NCBI GenBank assembly: GCA_044892505.1
Contig: CM097882.1
Span: 385,268,001 to 385,332,000, forward strand
Source of the DNA: Schmidtea nova
Lineage: Eukaryota
Direction of reading: 5' to 3'
DNA length: 64,000 nucleotides
The notes beneath the pieces were generated by a model. The model searched no databases, was not told the DNA's origin, and saw only the letters and a list, made by a program, of their open reading frames with translations. Both the position numbers and the translations under genes were made by a program. Below are positions 25,190 through 39,069 of the stretch, one piece after another. Within the stretch, counting starts at the first letter, position 1. Every line of letters begins with the position of its first letter.

Positions 25190-26368
25190 TTACAATGTTC
25201 TTTTCGTTCTAATACTGGAGTCATAATTACTTTGACTTTTTGGTAGTCTTCTAGACGAACTGACTATTCTACAATCATCTGTCGATGAAATATTTAAATT
25301 CTGCAACGGATTCAATTCGGTGTATGTTTGACTTTTTCCCAAGGGCGTTAGAATGATTTTGGTTGAAGACTCTTTTTCATTTGATTGATTCACATTCTCT
25401 ATGTATTCCTGCAATAGAGGCCCCTCATCGACTGAGGACTTGTCATTGAATTGATTTGTGTTTGCTGTTACTTCTCGACTGTCGGAAACGAGATCTATTT
25501 TTATTTTAATATCCGTTGTATTATTTACAAAACGGTTAGCTGGTAATGAACTCTTAATGAAGAGGGGTTTATATACTGATCCTTCGTGTAATTTATTCCA
25601 AGGTAATTGCTCATTGTCTGGTTCAATAGATTTCATGTTAGCCGCAGTTGGCATACAATTTCGTGATTTCTGATTGGCTAAAGAACATTGACATCGCTTA
25701 TTAGATGGTTTACGGACATGAGTAAATTGAATTGGATAAGGTCTATCATAGTGCATAGGATAGAATAATTCCACGGGACATCTATTGAAATATTCACAGA
25801 AATTCTTTTGATTTTTATGATTTCTACGAACATTTGGAACAGAATGGCAATTGGAAAGACGCGGGTCATCACAGTGAAGCGAAGACTGATAGCTAATAGA
25901 ATCCAAACAATCTTCATATGTACAATCGTGAATATCTTCTTGTTCACTTTTTTGAAAAACAAAAACCGTGTTCTTTTTGAGACAAAAAATGATAATTGTT
26001 ATTGTTATTGATAGGGTTATGAATAAAAATATACATCCAATAATAATGGCACCGATAATTGTGCGATCCATTTTATTTGTATTGGAATCGATTTTCAAAC
26101 CATTTCTCGATTTTCCAACAAGCATTTGTCTCGGATAGCCTTGATTGAATGTTGGTTTATCGTACATATTATTATTATTTGTCAACGAGTTCTGATTGGT
26201 TGAATTTTCAATATTGATGAAACTGATTCTGGAATTTGAAAAATTGTGTTCATTGATCGATTTGAATCTTATTGTTCCATTCGTTGCTATTTGCAGGGAA
26301 AATTGAAGTTTGATTATTACTATTAAGCAGCAGAATTTTTGAATATTTTTTATCGTGTTTGATGGCAT
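25190..26368 (-). CDS. Intronless 392-aa predicted single-pass membrane protein of unknown family, nested antisense in the CEP78 intron
   Basis: 1179-nt ATG-to-stop ORF, visibly less AT-rich than its flanks. Short N-terminal hydrophobic stretch, N-glycosylation sequons (NGT, NFS, NST), strong TM segment TIIGAIIIGCIFLFITLSITITIIIFCL followed by KK, and a long polar tail. No family recognised. Confidence 0.75.
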   Translation of the reverse strand: MPSNTIKNIQKFCCLIVIIKLQFSLQIATNGTIRFKSINEHNFSNSRISFINIENSTNQNSLTNNNNMYDKPTFNQGYPRQMLVGKSRNGLKIDSNTNKMDRTIIGAIIIGCIFLFITLSITITIIIFCLKKNTVFVFQKSEQEDIHDCTYEDCLDSISYQSSLHCDDPRLSNCHSVPNVRRNHKNQKNFCEYFNRCPVELFYPMHYDRPYPIQFTHVRKPSNKRCQCSLANQKSRNCMPTAANMKSIEPDNEQLPWNKLHEGSVYKPLFIKSSLPANRFVNNTTDIKIKIDLVSDSREVTANTNQFNDKSSVDEGPLLQEYIENVNQSNEKESSTKIILTPLGKSQTYTELNPLQNLNISSTDDCRIVSSSRRLPKSQSNYDSSIRTKRTL

Positions 26369-26890
26369 AATTTTCTAAAACAAATGATGAAAGGCAGAAA
26401 TATTAATCACGAATTACATATAATTATTTTGCAATAATAAATATAATGCCAGAATTATTATGTCAACTAGTACTCGTCGCATAACAATTATGAGATGGAT
26501 TAAAATTAAATCACAGACATTGTCGTTGAATTTTCTGAAAGTTGGCAATTTATGTGTATTTTGAAAATATTAACAATAAAAACAAATAGTTTTGTAATTT
26601 ATTTTAAATAAACTTATTAAAATATCTATGGAAAATCTAGTTTTTAAATACTAAATTCTTTTATTTTCAAATCATTGTTAAAGGATGAATATGTGATTTT
26701 AATGGACTTTGGGCTAAAGCTTTCTTTCCCACTGTATGAAAGTTTTGCAAATAAATCAACATTTGTATTTTTGTATAAAACGTAAGATAATTCCGAACAT
26801 AACTATTTATCGAATTTAATATACAAATCCGGCATTTTAAATATAAACGAAACAAAATATTTGACAATGACATTATTGACCCTCTAAAAA

Positions 26891-27148
26891 TAGCGGTCGG
26901 GGAACCGGGATAAATTACCCCAAATGGGGTAAAAATGAAAATAGTAAGTATGTAATATAGACTCTATATTACATACTTACTATTTTCATGTAACATTTTT
27001 TATAAATATGTAAATGTAAATTAATTTAATAAATAATGTTTATTTAAAATTTACATTGATTGTTTTCTTTTCAGAATGGGGGGGGGTATAATATCGACTA
27101 AATTAAAAATATTTTGGGGTAATGGTTAAAAAAGTTCCCCGATCGCTG
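26891..27148. mobile_element. hAT-type MITE with internal perfect palindrome
   Basis: TIRs tagcggtcggggaac / gttccccgatcgctg, with ctctaaaa at 26882-26889 and 27149-27156 as the 8-bp TSD (one extra A on the left). Confidence 0.7.
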
Positions 27149-30100
27149 CTCTAAAATAATACCATATAATTTTCTCATTATTTCAAAAGGAAAATCATAA
27201 ATAATTAAGACGAGCGAATTTTATTTAATCATACAATGTACAGCTTATCAAATTTAAGACATCGCATTATTTTACTATTAAACGCTAGTATAGATCAAAC
27301 GAACGGATTGATACGCGTTGTTTAAATTTTGGACATTCTTGTACGTACTGTTGATAAATATTAATATTAATTTTCATACTCACTATATTTTTATAGTTTC
27401 TTGTGCATTTAAATTTTTATTATTAAATTCTATTACAATTTTTTAACAATAAATTTAAAATAATAATCATTATCACAATAAATATACAATACAAATGGCG
27501 CAAGAATTAAAAAATTTTTTATTTATTGTAGAAAAAATATTTCTTCTTGTACAAGTCGTTTTATTTAGTTTTATTCTTGGTTATTAAATGAGTGACACAA
27601 AAAGAAAGATTTCCTAGTATTTTATTGATTGTCGAGGTTGATCAAATGGCGGGAAGTGCGAATTTACTTATTTTCTCAATCAAAATCTTACATGTAAATT
27701 GTTTGTGAATTCCCGTGGTTACATATTCGGAGATTCGTGTCATTTTATTCATGAGATAACTCTATTTATATCTGTTGAAATTTATGAAAATGGAATAACC
27801 ACTAACAATAACGAATAACGTTTCGAACATTGTCCATTTGTGAGGAAATGGAGAACGAATTGCAATCAAAACAATGTAGTTATTATTGAAACAAATTATG
27901 CACCCACTTCTATTGTAGCGACCTGAAACATTTTATTAATAAATTTTATTTGTCAATAAAACAGCTATTAAAATAATATTTGATAAACAATACGGCAAAG
28001 ATTTTGTATAATTTTAATAGTCTTATAAAAATTAACAGAAAATAAGTTTCATTTGAAAAAAATATTTTTTAACACAATATCGAACCAGCAGCATAAAATA
28101 ATGTTTTTATCAACAGTTGCTCATATTCCGATATAGTATAATTAAACATTAAAACAAATAAATCAGATTAAAATATAGTATAAAAGTTCTCAATCGGCCT
28201 TTTCGCAATAAAAGATGAAAGAGTAATTTTACACTAATTTCGTTGCTGATACGAGAAAGAAAAATTTATTCCTGTTAAAATATTGATGGGAAACTATCTC
28301 AATTGCGATTTATTTTTCGTTAATAATACTGATTACTAATAACACATTTTGTTATCCTTCAACAATATGAAGTATATCCCCATGTAGCACAAACAAGATC
28401 CTGAAAAAAATAAGTCTGTTTTTGTGCGTTCATCCTACTCCTGAGATAGAACATTTATATTTGCACTCAGACAAAACTTCGAATTTATTTGAAGATTTTT
28501 AATTGCATATTATGTTTATATTTTTGATTTAACTATTTTTTATACATACTAGACAGATAAAAAATCATAGTTTGAAATTGGACTTCTTTCATGAAAATAG
28601 CAATACATGACATTGAAAAAATATAAAATTGTAAATGAACATTACCAATTCTTTTGTTGCAAGTTTTTTAGAGGAAAACGTTTTTTTAAATAACTCAGAT
28701 TATTCTAAATCAAAATATAGTTAACGATTTTAGAATGTGCTTATAATTGTTTATTTTCATGTTTTTGATCGGATCATGTATCATTGTATATGATTTATAT
28801 ATTTGAGGTGATTCATTCCCGAAAAAAATTGTCGGTTATAAATTTTTACGGTTCGGTTACGATTTGAATCTCTGATCGTAATATTAAATACGTAATAATT
28901 TGATTTCATGATGTTTTATTCTTAAAAATTAAGTCATAAAATGAAATTTTAATTTAATATAAATTTTGAGAATCGTTATCGACTTTTTAATTGTATTTAT
29001 AAATAAATGTTTTTTTTTAAGTTGTTAACTTTTAACTTAGAATTTTATTCAACTTATTATGATTGGCCTAAAGAATTTCATTGTACACAATGCTTAGTGT
29101 GAATATACGAACGTCACCTAACAAATGTCCATCTTTAATCTTGATTTTGACATTTTTTGCGTTTCTTGATCTTGATCTTGATCCTGTATATCCAAGATCA
29201 ATATGGTCATAAACTCTCTTCAAAAAATTCCCAAAAAGAAAAAATGTGGAAAACATTGAATAAAAAAAAGTAATCGTAGTAAACTTTGANNNNNNNNNNN
29301 NNNNNNNNNNNNNNNNNNNNNNNNNNNNNNNNNNNNNNNNNNNNNNNNNNNNNNNNNNNNNNNNNNNNNNNNNNNNNNNNNNNNNNNNNNNNNNNNNNNN
29401 NNNNNNNNNNNNNNNNNNNNNNNNNNNNNNNNNNNNNNNNNNNNNNNNNNNNNNNNNNNNNNNNNNNNNNNNNNNNNNNNNNNNNNNNNNNNNNNNNNNN
29501 NNNNNNNNNNNNNNNNNNNNNNNNNNNNNNNNNNNNNNNNNNNNNNNNNNNNNNNNNNNNNNNNNNNNNNNNNCAAAAACTTTTTAAACTATATTAAAAT
29601 AAATTTAATATAAATAAATAATTTAAATAAATAATTTTATTTAAATAAAAGATTATTAATTTTATTATTTTTATTTTGCACTTGCAAAAGGTTACATCCA
29701 TGTCAAATAAATAAAGATAATTATCTGAAATGAAGATACTAAAATTGATAAAAAATGAAAAGGATAAAAAAGGTTTATTGATGCATTTAAAATTTCATAA
29801 AATAAACTAATTTTTATTTATTAAATTTCAGTTAAATTATTAATTGTTTAATTCACTTTTATTCTGTTTATGTTATTTTTTTATTTTGTTTATCTTCATT
29901 TACTTTTTGACTATAGATCAATGCTTTTCCTTTTTAATAATAACACTTGAAAAATTGTATTATTTAAAATTTGTGTTAAATATTGCAAATATTTATCTAG
30001 TCAAAATTAAGCTTATTATTTCANNNNNNNNNNNNNNNNNNNNNNNNNNNNNNNNNNNNNNNNNNNNNNNNNNNNNNNNNNNNNNNNNNNNNNNNNNNNN

Positions 30101-33100
30101 NNNNNNNNNNNNNNNNNNNNNNNNNNNNNNNNNNNNNNNNNNNNNNNNNNNNNNNNNNNNNNNNNNNNNNNACCAATTTGATTTGGCATGTCTTATTGTT
30201 TCCTAGTAAAGATTTATTGACATTTATGACATTTATTATTATATCATAAATTTTCTAAACCCTTTAAATGCTTTATCTATATTGGTAAGAATATTATGAA
30301 TACATGATAGTTTATTATTTCTTCTCTTGTTCATCTAATTGTATTTATTCTTCAATAGTAACGTCCTAACATTTTAATAATCATATCAAAATTTCGAACT
30401 TTTATTAATTTTTCATATATTAGACATAATTTTAATATAATAAATCAATTAATTCATAAAAGTTTATAAAACGAATCTTCGTAAAATTGGATTCTTTTAT
30501 ACCAATATCCCAGTAATTACGATATATATCAAATAACATTTCTTTAATCAATATTATGTTTGTTTATTTATCTCCCAGTTTTGTTTGCACATTGTCAAAA
30601 ATATTGTCATAAAGTTAGATATTTTCAAGAAATGAAATAAGTCAAAATTTTTTAAATAAGTTTTTATGTGAATTTTAAATGTATCAAACTAATAAAAAAT
30701 TTTAAATATTTCCGAAATATATTTTGATATTTTCCATTTAATATTTTTTTATTTTATTCTGTCAATAATTTAAAAATTTGTTTTTCTCCTATTTAAAACA
30801 AATTTAGCAATCCCCTTTTAAGTGTTTTTTTAATAAAATTATTTTAATTTATTGTTCGAAAAATAAGAAAAAAAGTCAATAGTGAAGAAAATTGACTTTC
30901 ATTAAAATTTTTAAAATTATTTTAATATATTTAGAATATTTTTTTATCTTTTTAAAATATTTTCATTAACTTGAAATATAAATTTTCAGAACTAAAGTTA
31001 AATATTATATTTTTTATTAATTAATCGAAATATTTATCAAATGCGTTTCTTTATCGATAATTCTAATTGGGAAAATATTAGCAATGCTATTCGAATAGCT
31101 ATTGAAGCGGAAAATACGAGCCGATTGTAAATTGATCCCTTCGTACGAGTGTTCGTGTTTAATTTACGTTGCTTGTACTTACAACATATTTTTTTTTATG
31201 AAAAACAAATATTCCGACATGTAATTTGCTAACTAAAATTTTAAATTATTCAATATGGAAATTAGTAAAATCTGATGTTAGCCAGAGATTAGAATGTGTA
31301 AGAAAGCACATTTGTAATTTTTTTCTCCAGTTGCACAGCATTTGACTTGTCTCTTAAAATTGACAATAATTCTGTCATTTGGCCCAATTAAATAAATTAT
31401 TATTGCCTATTATCATTCTAGTAAATGTAATGATAACTAATTTTACTTGACATTTTCCTAGATTCTTTCTAATGCTTTCACGAATGTGCTGTTATGTAAG
31501 ATTTAGAAAAATTAAATCCGGATTTTTATCTCATTAATTTTTTAAAGTTTTTTTTGATCTTTAAACATATCCGATTATTATTTATTTATTTATTAAAAAT
31601 ATTGGAAAATAAATAGATAGTTTATCGCACACAAAAAATAAAATTTTTCTAATATTAAAATATATTATCAGTAAAATCTTAATATTATTCACCATTGATT
31701 GAAAATTTTCAATGTCTTTTCTCATAATTTAATGACAATAGATCAATATTTTATCCAATATTTCATTGATCGATTTTCATTTTCGATTTCTTTTATTTTT
31801 TATGTGCTTTTCTATTTTTAACACCAATTTTTGACATAGCCCTTTTCAAGTGTTAAGTGGCAGACTGGAAAAAACATTTTATTTGTCAATTCTAATTAAT
31901 TCTAATTAGCCAAATAATTATTATTAGTTATAAATTAAACAATAAAAATTTATATGACTTTTTCTTACTTAAAATTATTTTTTTTGTAAAATATTACCCA
32001 AAAAATTAGTTTATCTTAAAAATATATTTTCAAGTATTTTACTATTTTAAACCAAAAAGATTCCATTTAAATAAATAATTAATAGAATTTAAAATTTAAT
32101 TTAATATTATCATGATTGTTGTAAGAAATATATAAATAATATCATAAATTAGAACTTACATGTAGCATAGCTTCTACAAAATATGTAATAATTAATGGAC
32201 TGAAGAAAAAACTTAGATGAATTTTAGTTTGTAAATAACTAAATTTTTAATTGGTTGAAAATATATCCAATCAAATAACTTCTGATTGATTTCTGCATTT
32301 ATTATGATTTAAAATAAAATTATTATTTATTCAATTTTTAATAAATTTTTTATATAAATGTATAAATTTCTTTTGATATATTTCATTTTTCAGTTAAATT
32401 TGTTAATCAATATTTTGCTAGATTATTGAGTTTTTAATTCTAAAATATGACTGAAGTGCAACAGCTACTCAATGATAAATGCATTTAAACAAAAAAACCA
32501 ATATTATAGATATACATAGTACAAAAAACATGGCACTAAAATAATTAAAAACAAACTCCAATTCAAATATATATTCTGCACAATATATTTCGAGAACTTC
32601 ATTCACAACATCAGGTGCTATTCATTCTACCATTCCAATATAAATCAAAAAAATTGATTTTCAAAAAATTAATCATAAATTTTCAAAAAATGTATATTAT
32701 AGTTTTATAAAATAGCCAAAAAATATAAAACCATAAAATTATTTTTTTTAATTTAAATAAACTAATCTTAAAAAATAATATTCTCTTTTTAAAACAAATG
32801 TTTTTTTAAGAATATTTAATAAATATTCCCATATTTATAAACAACAATATAATTGAAAGTGAATCATAAATTAAAAATGCTCTAAAACAGATATAGTATT
32901 GAAAGTTTACTCAATATGACAAATTGAGTTGTTATAAAAAAATTTTTTAAAATATTTAAAGTAAAAATAATTTTTAAAAAAATTAAAAAAAATACTTTTC
33001 AATAAAATCTAAAATTATCAAAATTTCTAAACAAATGTTTCAATGGACCTGAATCCAATACGGAAGGTACATTTCGCTATACTAGACAAACGATTTCAGA

Positions 33101-36100
33101 CCTATTGAAGCAAATTTAAACATGTCTCTGAATTTCAACACTGGTTGTATATTGCTAATGAAATGGGTCGTACGTACTACATTTCGAAACGAAAATTCGT
33201 AAGGTAAGTGAAAATGTTAAATATATCTTACACGTTTAAAGACTGCGTTCCGTATTAAAAATTACTCGCGCTTCCTTATAAAATAATATAGACATGTATT
33301 AATTATTAAATAATTAAATAAGTGTAAAATAACAGAACATAAAAATTCATAGAAACTAAAAATTAAAGTTAAATTTAAATTTAAACTTTCGCTGTCCTCC
33401 AGGGAAGCACGCTTCATAGTTTTTTTTTTGATCACTCTCAATTCATTTATTGTTATATTAACCAAAAAAGTTAATATTTATTATTTTAAAATTACTATTA
33501 TTGGGTAATTATTTAAAAAAGATAATAAATCACAATAATTGAATGGGATGGAAAATATAGAATGCTGTTTGATGAGTTGTGATTTTAGACGAAAGAGGTT
33601 TTCGAAATTAAATTTTGTTAGAAATTTTAAAACTTATTTTGTAAAATTTGGCATTTTGTTTCGTAAATGAATGTTATCACTCTATGTAGTTTTCACAATG
33701 TTTATGGTAATTATTCGTTTTTCTTTTGGTGTTTTTTGATTTGAATTGCTATCTTTTTCCCTTAAGTTAATCGAGTCAATAACAAATTTAATTTATAAAA
33801 AAGGAAAGCTTTCTGGAAAGAAATTGACGAAGACATTCGTAGTAATAGACAGCTAATGTTAGAGATTACCTAAGTTACGTTTTAAAGATGCTGAAGTGAT
33901 AAAAGTTGTATTACAGAAGGATTTCCATTTTATTGGATGTAATATTAAGATTGGTACGCTTAAAAAAAATCTTTTTATCTGTGCGTGTTACGTTTATACC
34001 CATTTTACAGGATATTTATTCTAGAAAAAGTTTATTTAAAGGTTTTCTTTTTCTTTTACTTTTTTAGTTACATATTACATATTTCAGATTCAGAACCATT
34101 TTTTCACCATCATTTTATGATGTTCGTCCGCCTTTTCCTAAATCTACTACTAATAATTATCAGTAGAATAAATCTGATAAATTTTAAATAAAAGATTATT
34201 ACAAATATCTTGAAATTATGGTATTCTTTTGTTGTAAGTAAGGAAAAGTAAGATGCTTTATATTGAAAAAAACACTTTTATTTAATAATAATTAGTAAAT
34301 ACAAAAACTGGCACCGTCATTTGGCGGATTTTCTTTATTACTAGTATTTATATTAATTATAAATATATTGGTTTAAAAATAATATATTCTAAATATAAAA
34401 CAATGTTTCTATTTCTTTATTTCGAAGCCTATTTTTCGAAATGTGATTGGAATATTGAAGTAAATTTAAAAACTTATTAATCAGTTTTCAAAGAAATAAG
34501 TATTTTATTTATGTAAATAATTCTATTTTTATTTTATAATTTATTCATTAATTTACAAAAGAAATTCATTATATATTAATTTGTCTCAAATTCAACGAAA
34601 ATTATTTAATTTAATAGAATAAATTTTGAATTTTAATTAGTTTGAGCATGATGGAGTCTTTTTGAAATTTGAGTTTTCGTTGTTTGCTTTTTCTAATTCT
34701 TATTGTTGAAATTTGATTCTCTCTCCGTGTTGGGAATAGAACGCAGCACATAATTGTCAATTCCCTCCCCACAGCTTAATACTTTGCAATCAATATTCTC
34801 TAGTAATTATACAAACAACTTTAATCTTTTGTGTCAGTTGAGTAAGAGTCTCTCTGAAGAGCTAATTCGTTCTCCAATTTTCTAGAAGTCAATCTAAAGA
34901 GATATAGATTGTATGATAAATAATGATTGTATGGCAAATTGGCCTAATTACAATTACATTATTATCTTAGTGCCTCACAAACTTAAACTATTCGTCGATG
35001 CTGTTATTTCTTTTTCAATAAAGAAAATATGAAATTATTCATCTACAGAAAATCTGAGTTGACTAAATACTATAATTTTATACTATAATTTTATTATTAT
35101 TATTATTAACAATTGTGAAAATTAGAAAATTAGTGTATATACTCGCGTATAAGACGTATAAGACTTTTACAATAAGTTTTATTGTGATATTCAATGTAAT
35201 TTTTATGGCAAATGTGTTTTGAGCTTAGTTGTCTCTCGTAAGTATTTTTTAAGAAACTCGATCTTATCCGAAATCATACACATTGACTTGATGACCAGAC
35301 CAAAAATCTGACCACTGCCATCAAGCGAAATGGAATATCACAATTTTTGTACCTCTCTGATCAAATGCATACATAATACATTTGTAAAAAAATCAACAAA
35401 ATGATAAACCGGCATTTAGAAGTAAATTTTGAAAACAGTAATCGGAAATGTGGGTCAAAAGGTCAGAAATAATTTCTGATCTATAAAAATCTTTTGAGCA
35501 TGACATTTTTCGTGAAAATTATTTCATTGATTGGAATAGAAAGGAGGACCCAGAAACCTCAGAAAAGCATAAGATTATTGAAAAAGAGTATTTAGAAAAA
35601 CGGATTAATTTTTTCTATGAAAAGAACAAAATATATTTCGTTTTTTGAAGATGTATCTTATTTTACTTTAATTCGATCACAAAATTCTAGCTACTAGGTT
35701 CACATAGATAAAGTAGAACAAGTTATATTTGAGGCTTTACTTAAATTCTAAAAAAGATCGATACTTTTACAGTGCCTTCAGATGCCTACTTGAAAGATTT
35801 TGGACACACTTGAAGGTGAAGGTTGATTGATCAAATATATCAAAGAAATTTAAAAAAGCTAAAATATTCGATGAATTATACTTTTACAACTTTTTTAAAC
35901 AAATTAAGGACAAAATTTTCATAATCACTCAAACATGGCACATGAACAAATAAAACAAACGCCGATCCAATTATTTTATAGACAATTAATTTCAAGAAAA
36001 TAATTCTGATCTTCAGATGCTTTCAGTTCAACATTACAATAACTAATGACCAAATTAATAGATTAATTTAAACCCATTCAACAATAATTTTTAAATATGC

Positions 36101-37915
36101 AAACATTGTAAGAAAAAGTGGTAAAGTGAAGTTGTCATTTATAGACTTGTCGACACTGAAAATACGAATGACATTTTTGATAGTTCATTGTCACACATCT
36201 TTCGATATTTCGCTTTGGAAGGTTTTGTTTCATGATTACTCGTGTCGAATTAATTTTGCGAATTTATATCATCTCCAACTTTAGCGTTTCTTTATTTTCT
36301 CATTCTAAATCAATCGTTAAGCAAAATTTAGCTTTTATGTTTGATTAACTTTTATCAAATAATATTTTATTTATATTACGATTAACACCATCCATGTCTT
36401 AGAAATATTCAAACAAAAATATAAAAATTATTTTACAAATTTTATTTGCACATAAAATAGTATTTAAAATTGTCATCACTGCTCAATTTGCATTCGGTTT
36501 TATTAAAACGATTATTAATATAATTTTATTTAAAATTTCGACAAGAAATTATTAAAAATCGGTCACATAAATTTTTAACCACTTAATGTCTTTCTATACA
36601 GTTTTTTTGAATATATAATAATTTTTATCGATGGAATTTTTTTGTTTCAATTATTTTTCTTAAAAATAATTAAAAATATATTTAAAAAAATATTTCACAA
36701 ATATATCCATACTTTATGTTTAAGAAACCAAACATCTTAATTGTTTCTCTGTTAATAGTTTTTTTCATTTACTTCCAAAAAGAAGTTCAAATATAAAAAA
36801 AAACAAATATTAAAACCGTTCTCACTTTTTTGTATTGTTCACAGTGATTAAAATGATTTTTTTCAATATTCAGAATGTTTTTTGGCACTGTACAACTAGA
36901 ATTATCAGTTTGAATCTGTAAGAATTTCTATTATTTTATTAGTCTTTATAAATCAACGCCCGGTAAAATAGTCGCAGTGGATTTCCTGTGGAAATTTGAA
37001 ATAGTTTTTTATTAATAAAAGATAATTATTATTCAAAATTTCTCACTTAGCACACGTAAATCAATTAAATTATTATAAATTAATTTTCTTTGTTTTTACA
37101 TTTTTGATGAAAGTTTTGTTTAATTATAATTTGTCTTTTTATTATTTGAATTTTTAGTTTTATTGTAATGAAACTTCAGACATTTTATTAACCGTTTTTT
37201 CAATCTTTTTTTGCCCAATGTCATTTTTATCAAATAATTCCGATATTTTACTTAAATAGATAATTGTTATTTATTTCATCCAAAAGAAAATAGTTTTAAA
37301 AATTCATTTTAGTGAAAGTATTTTCTCGTTTCTTTTAAATTAAAAAAACGGGTAATTTAATTTTGAAAAATTATATATAATTATAAGTTACATAAGAGAC
37401 TATATACTATATACTATAATGAATAATTTGTCAATAGAGCACGCGCTAGTTAGAGAAATTATTAATTAGTATATTTTATGTATTTTAAGAATATTAGAAA
37501 ATGTTTTTACGAAGTTATTAAATTATTATTTAAATCGTCAAATTATTTTTAGAAATATGATAAATTTATTTATTAAAATTTTTTTATAAATTTATTTTGA
37601 AAATTATATTTTATAAATTATAATACCATAGAAATATTTTATGAACATCTTTATTCCCTCAAATGTATAAAATCCCTAAAAAACATTATTTATCTAAATC
37701 AATATATTTTTTTAAGTAACACGAATTTTCGGCACATTAGTTTTTCAAGAAAATCTCTGAAATGGAAATGAAAAAATCAAAATTTGGAAAGTTTTCTCAA
37801 TTAACTAAAATTTGCTAAATTCATTATTATCTATTCATGAAATTAAAAAAATTAAAATAAAATTACTTAATTCTCAAATTATGAATTATTTATCTAAACA
37901 TTGTTTCCATTCTAG

Positions 37916-38204
37916 TTCCAAGCGATGAGTAGGCATAATGAAGCATGGAAAGAATCATTGAGATATCGTTGGGCTAATTTCGATACAATGTGTGGAATAA
38001 GACGAATGACTTTAAATCGTAATCTTGGAATCGGTGATGAAGGTGCTCTAATATTGGCAGAGTCTTTGAAAGATGACTTGTGGGTTAAAGCAATCGATTT
38101 ACAGGAGTGTAGTTTAACAAGCAATGCTGTGCGTGGTTTTCTTAAAGTTTTAAAATATAACTCAACACTTGTAGTATTGGATCTGAGAAGAAATCCCATG
38201 ATCG
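37916..38204 (+). CDS. CEP78: CEP78 homologue, LRR exon
   Basis: ctag acceptor. Encodes FQAMSRHNEAWKESLRYR...MCGIRRMTLNRNLGIGDEGALILAESLKDDLWVKAIDLQECSLT...NSTLVVLDLRRNPMI, matching the CEP78 signature (RRHEETWAESLRYR...LRRITLN...EDLWLRALDLQQC...LVVLDIRKNPLI). GT donor at 38205, phase 1. Confidence 0.92.
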
Positions 38205-38574
38205 GTTCGATANNNNNNNNNNNNNNNNNNNNNNNNNNNNNNNNNNNNNNNNNNNNNNNNNNNNNNNNNNNNNNNNNNNNNNNNNNNNNNNNNNNNNNNN
38301 NNNNNNNNNNNNNNNNNNNNNNNNNNNNNNNNNNNNNNNNNNNNNNNNNNNNNNNNNNNNNNNNNNNNNNNNNNNNNNNNNNNNNNNNNNNNNNNNNNNN
38401 TTTCAAAATATATTTATGGGAAATATATTTCGATGGTATAACCATCATCTTCAGTCCTAAAATTATCGATTATTTAAACAAATTATGCGGTCAAATATAA
38501 GTAACTACTATACGCATTGTGCATATTTAAAGAATGAAAAATAAAATATTTTTCTTCTTTCCCTCTCTTCTAAC

Positions 38575-38916
38575 TTGTTCAAGAATAAATCTGTTACACC
38601 TTCAGCCCTATGTTCGAATGTAGTTTATCAATTAAATTGTAATGGGTGTAATGCCACATACATTGGAGAGACTGCCCGTCATCTCTGTACTCGCATTCGT
38701 GAACATTCTAGACCTAATGGTGTCAGTAATATTTGTGAGCATGTTAAAAAAATCTGTAAAAATACAATTATCGATGTTAAAGATTTTAAAATTGTGAATA
38801 GAAATTTTTCCAGTTACTGGGAAAGAGTGGTTTGTGAAGCTTTGTATATCAAATCTTTGGATCCTAAGATTAATTTACAAAGTGAGACAACAAATCTATT
38901 GAGTGTATTTAATTAG
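38575..38916 (+). CDS. Penelope-type GIY-YIG endonuclease fragment
   Basis: NVVYQLNCNGCNATYIGETARHLCTRIREH...EHV...EALYIKSLDPKINLQ shows the VVY/YIG motifs, the CxxC..H..H zinc motif and the conserved R, E and N. The RT part is absent. Confidence 0.88.
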   Translation: MFKNKSVTPSALCSNVVYQLNCNGCNATYIGETARHLCTRIREHSRPNGVSNICEHVKKICKNTIIDVKDFKIVNRNFSSYWERVVCEALYIKSLDPKINLQSETTNLLSVFN

Positions 38917-39026
38917 AAGAGAGGGAAAGAAGAAAAATATTTTATTTTTCATTCTTTAAATATGCACAATGCGTATAGTAGTTACTTATATTTGACCACA
39001 TAATTTGTTTAAATAATCGATAATTT

Positions 39027-39069
39027 TAGGACTGAAGATGATGGTTATACCATCGAAATATATTTCCCA
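39027..39069 (+). ncRNA. Minimal hammerhead variant in pLTR (inverted copy at 38417-38459 on -)
   Basis: tagga-CTGAAGA-t-GATGG ttata CCATC-GAAA-TATA-TT-tccca: extra U after A9, palindromic A-UAUA-U stem III, short imperfect stem I. Confidence 0.65.

Noticed and set aside
29068-29256. ORF resembling a BEL/Pao integrase C-terminus
   Set aside because: The resemblance is too weak and there are no LTRs or other pol motifs nearby.
33036-33210. Segment with a strong GTAAGT donor (33204) and a possible 33-nt intron, considered as a CEP78 exon
   Set aside because: All three frames contain stops before the donor, and the exons at 4109 and 37916 already join in phase without it.
33865-33960. RLPKLRFKD...FHFIGCN, faintly like CEP78 N-terminal motifs
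   Set aside because: It is out of order relative to the 4006-4109 exon, has a poor acceptor, and the similarity is too short to separate from chance.
5369-38500. ORFs running through N-gaps (5369, 5393, 5397, 16924-17263, 20751, 23579, 23611, 29220, 29286, 29844, and the tail of 37925)
   Set aside because: Their length is an artefact of Ns containing no stop codons.
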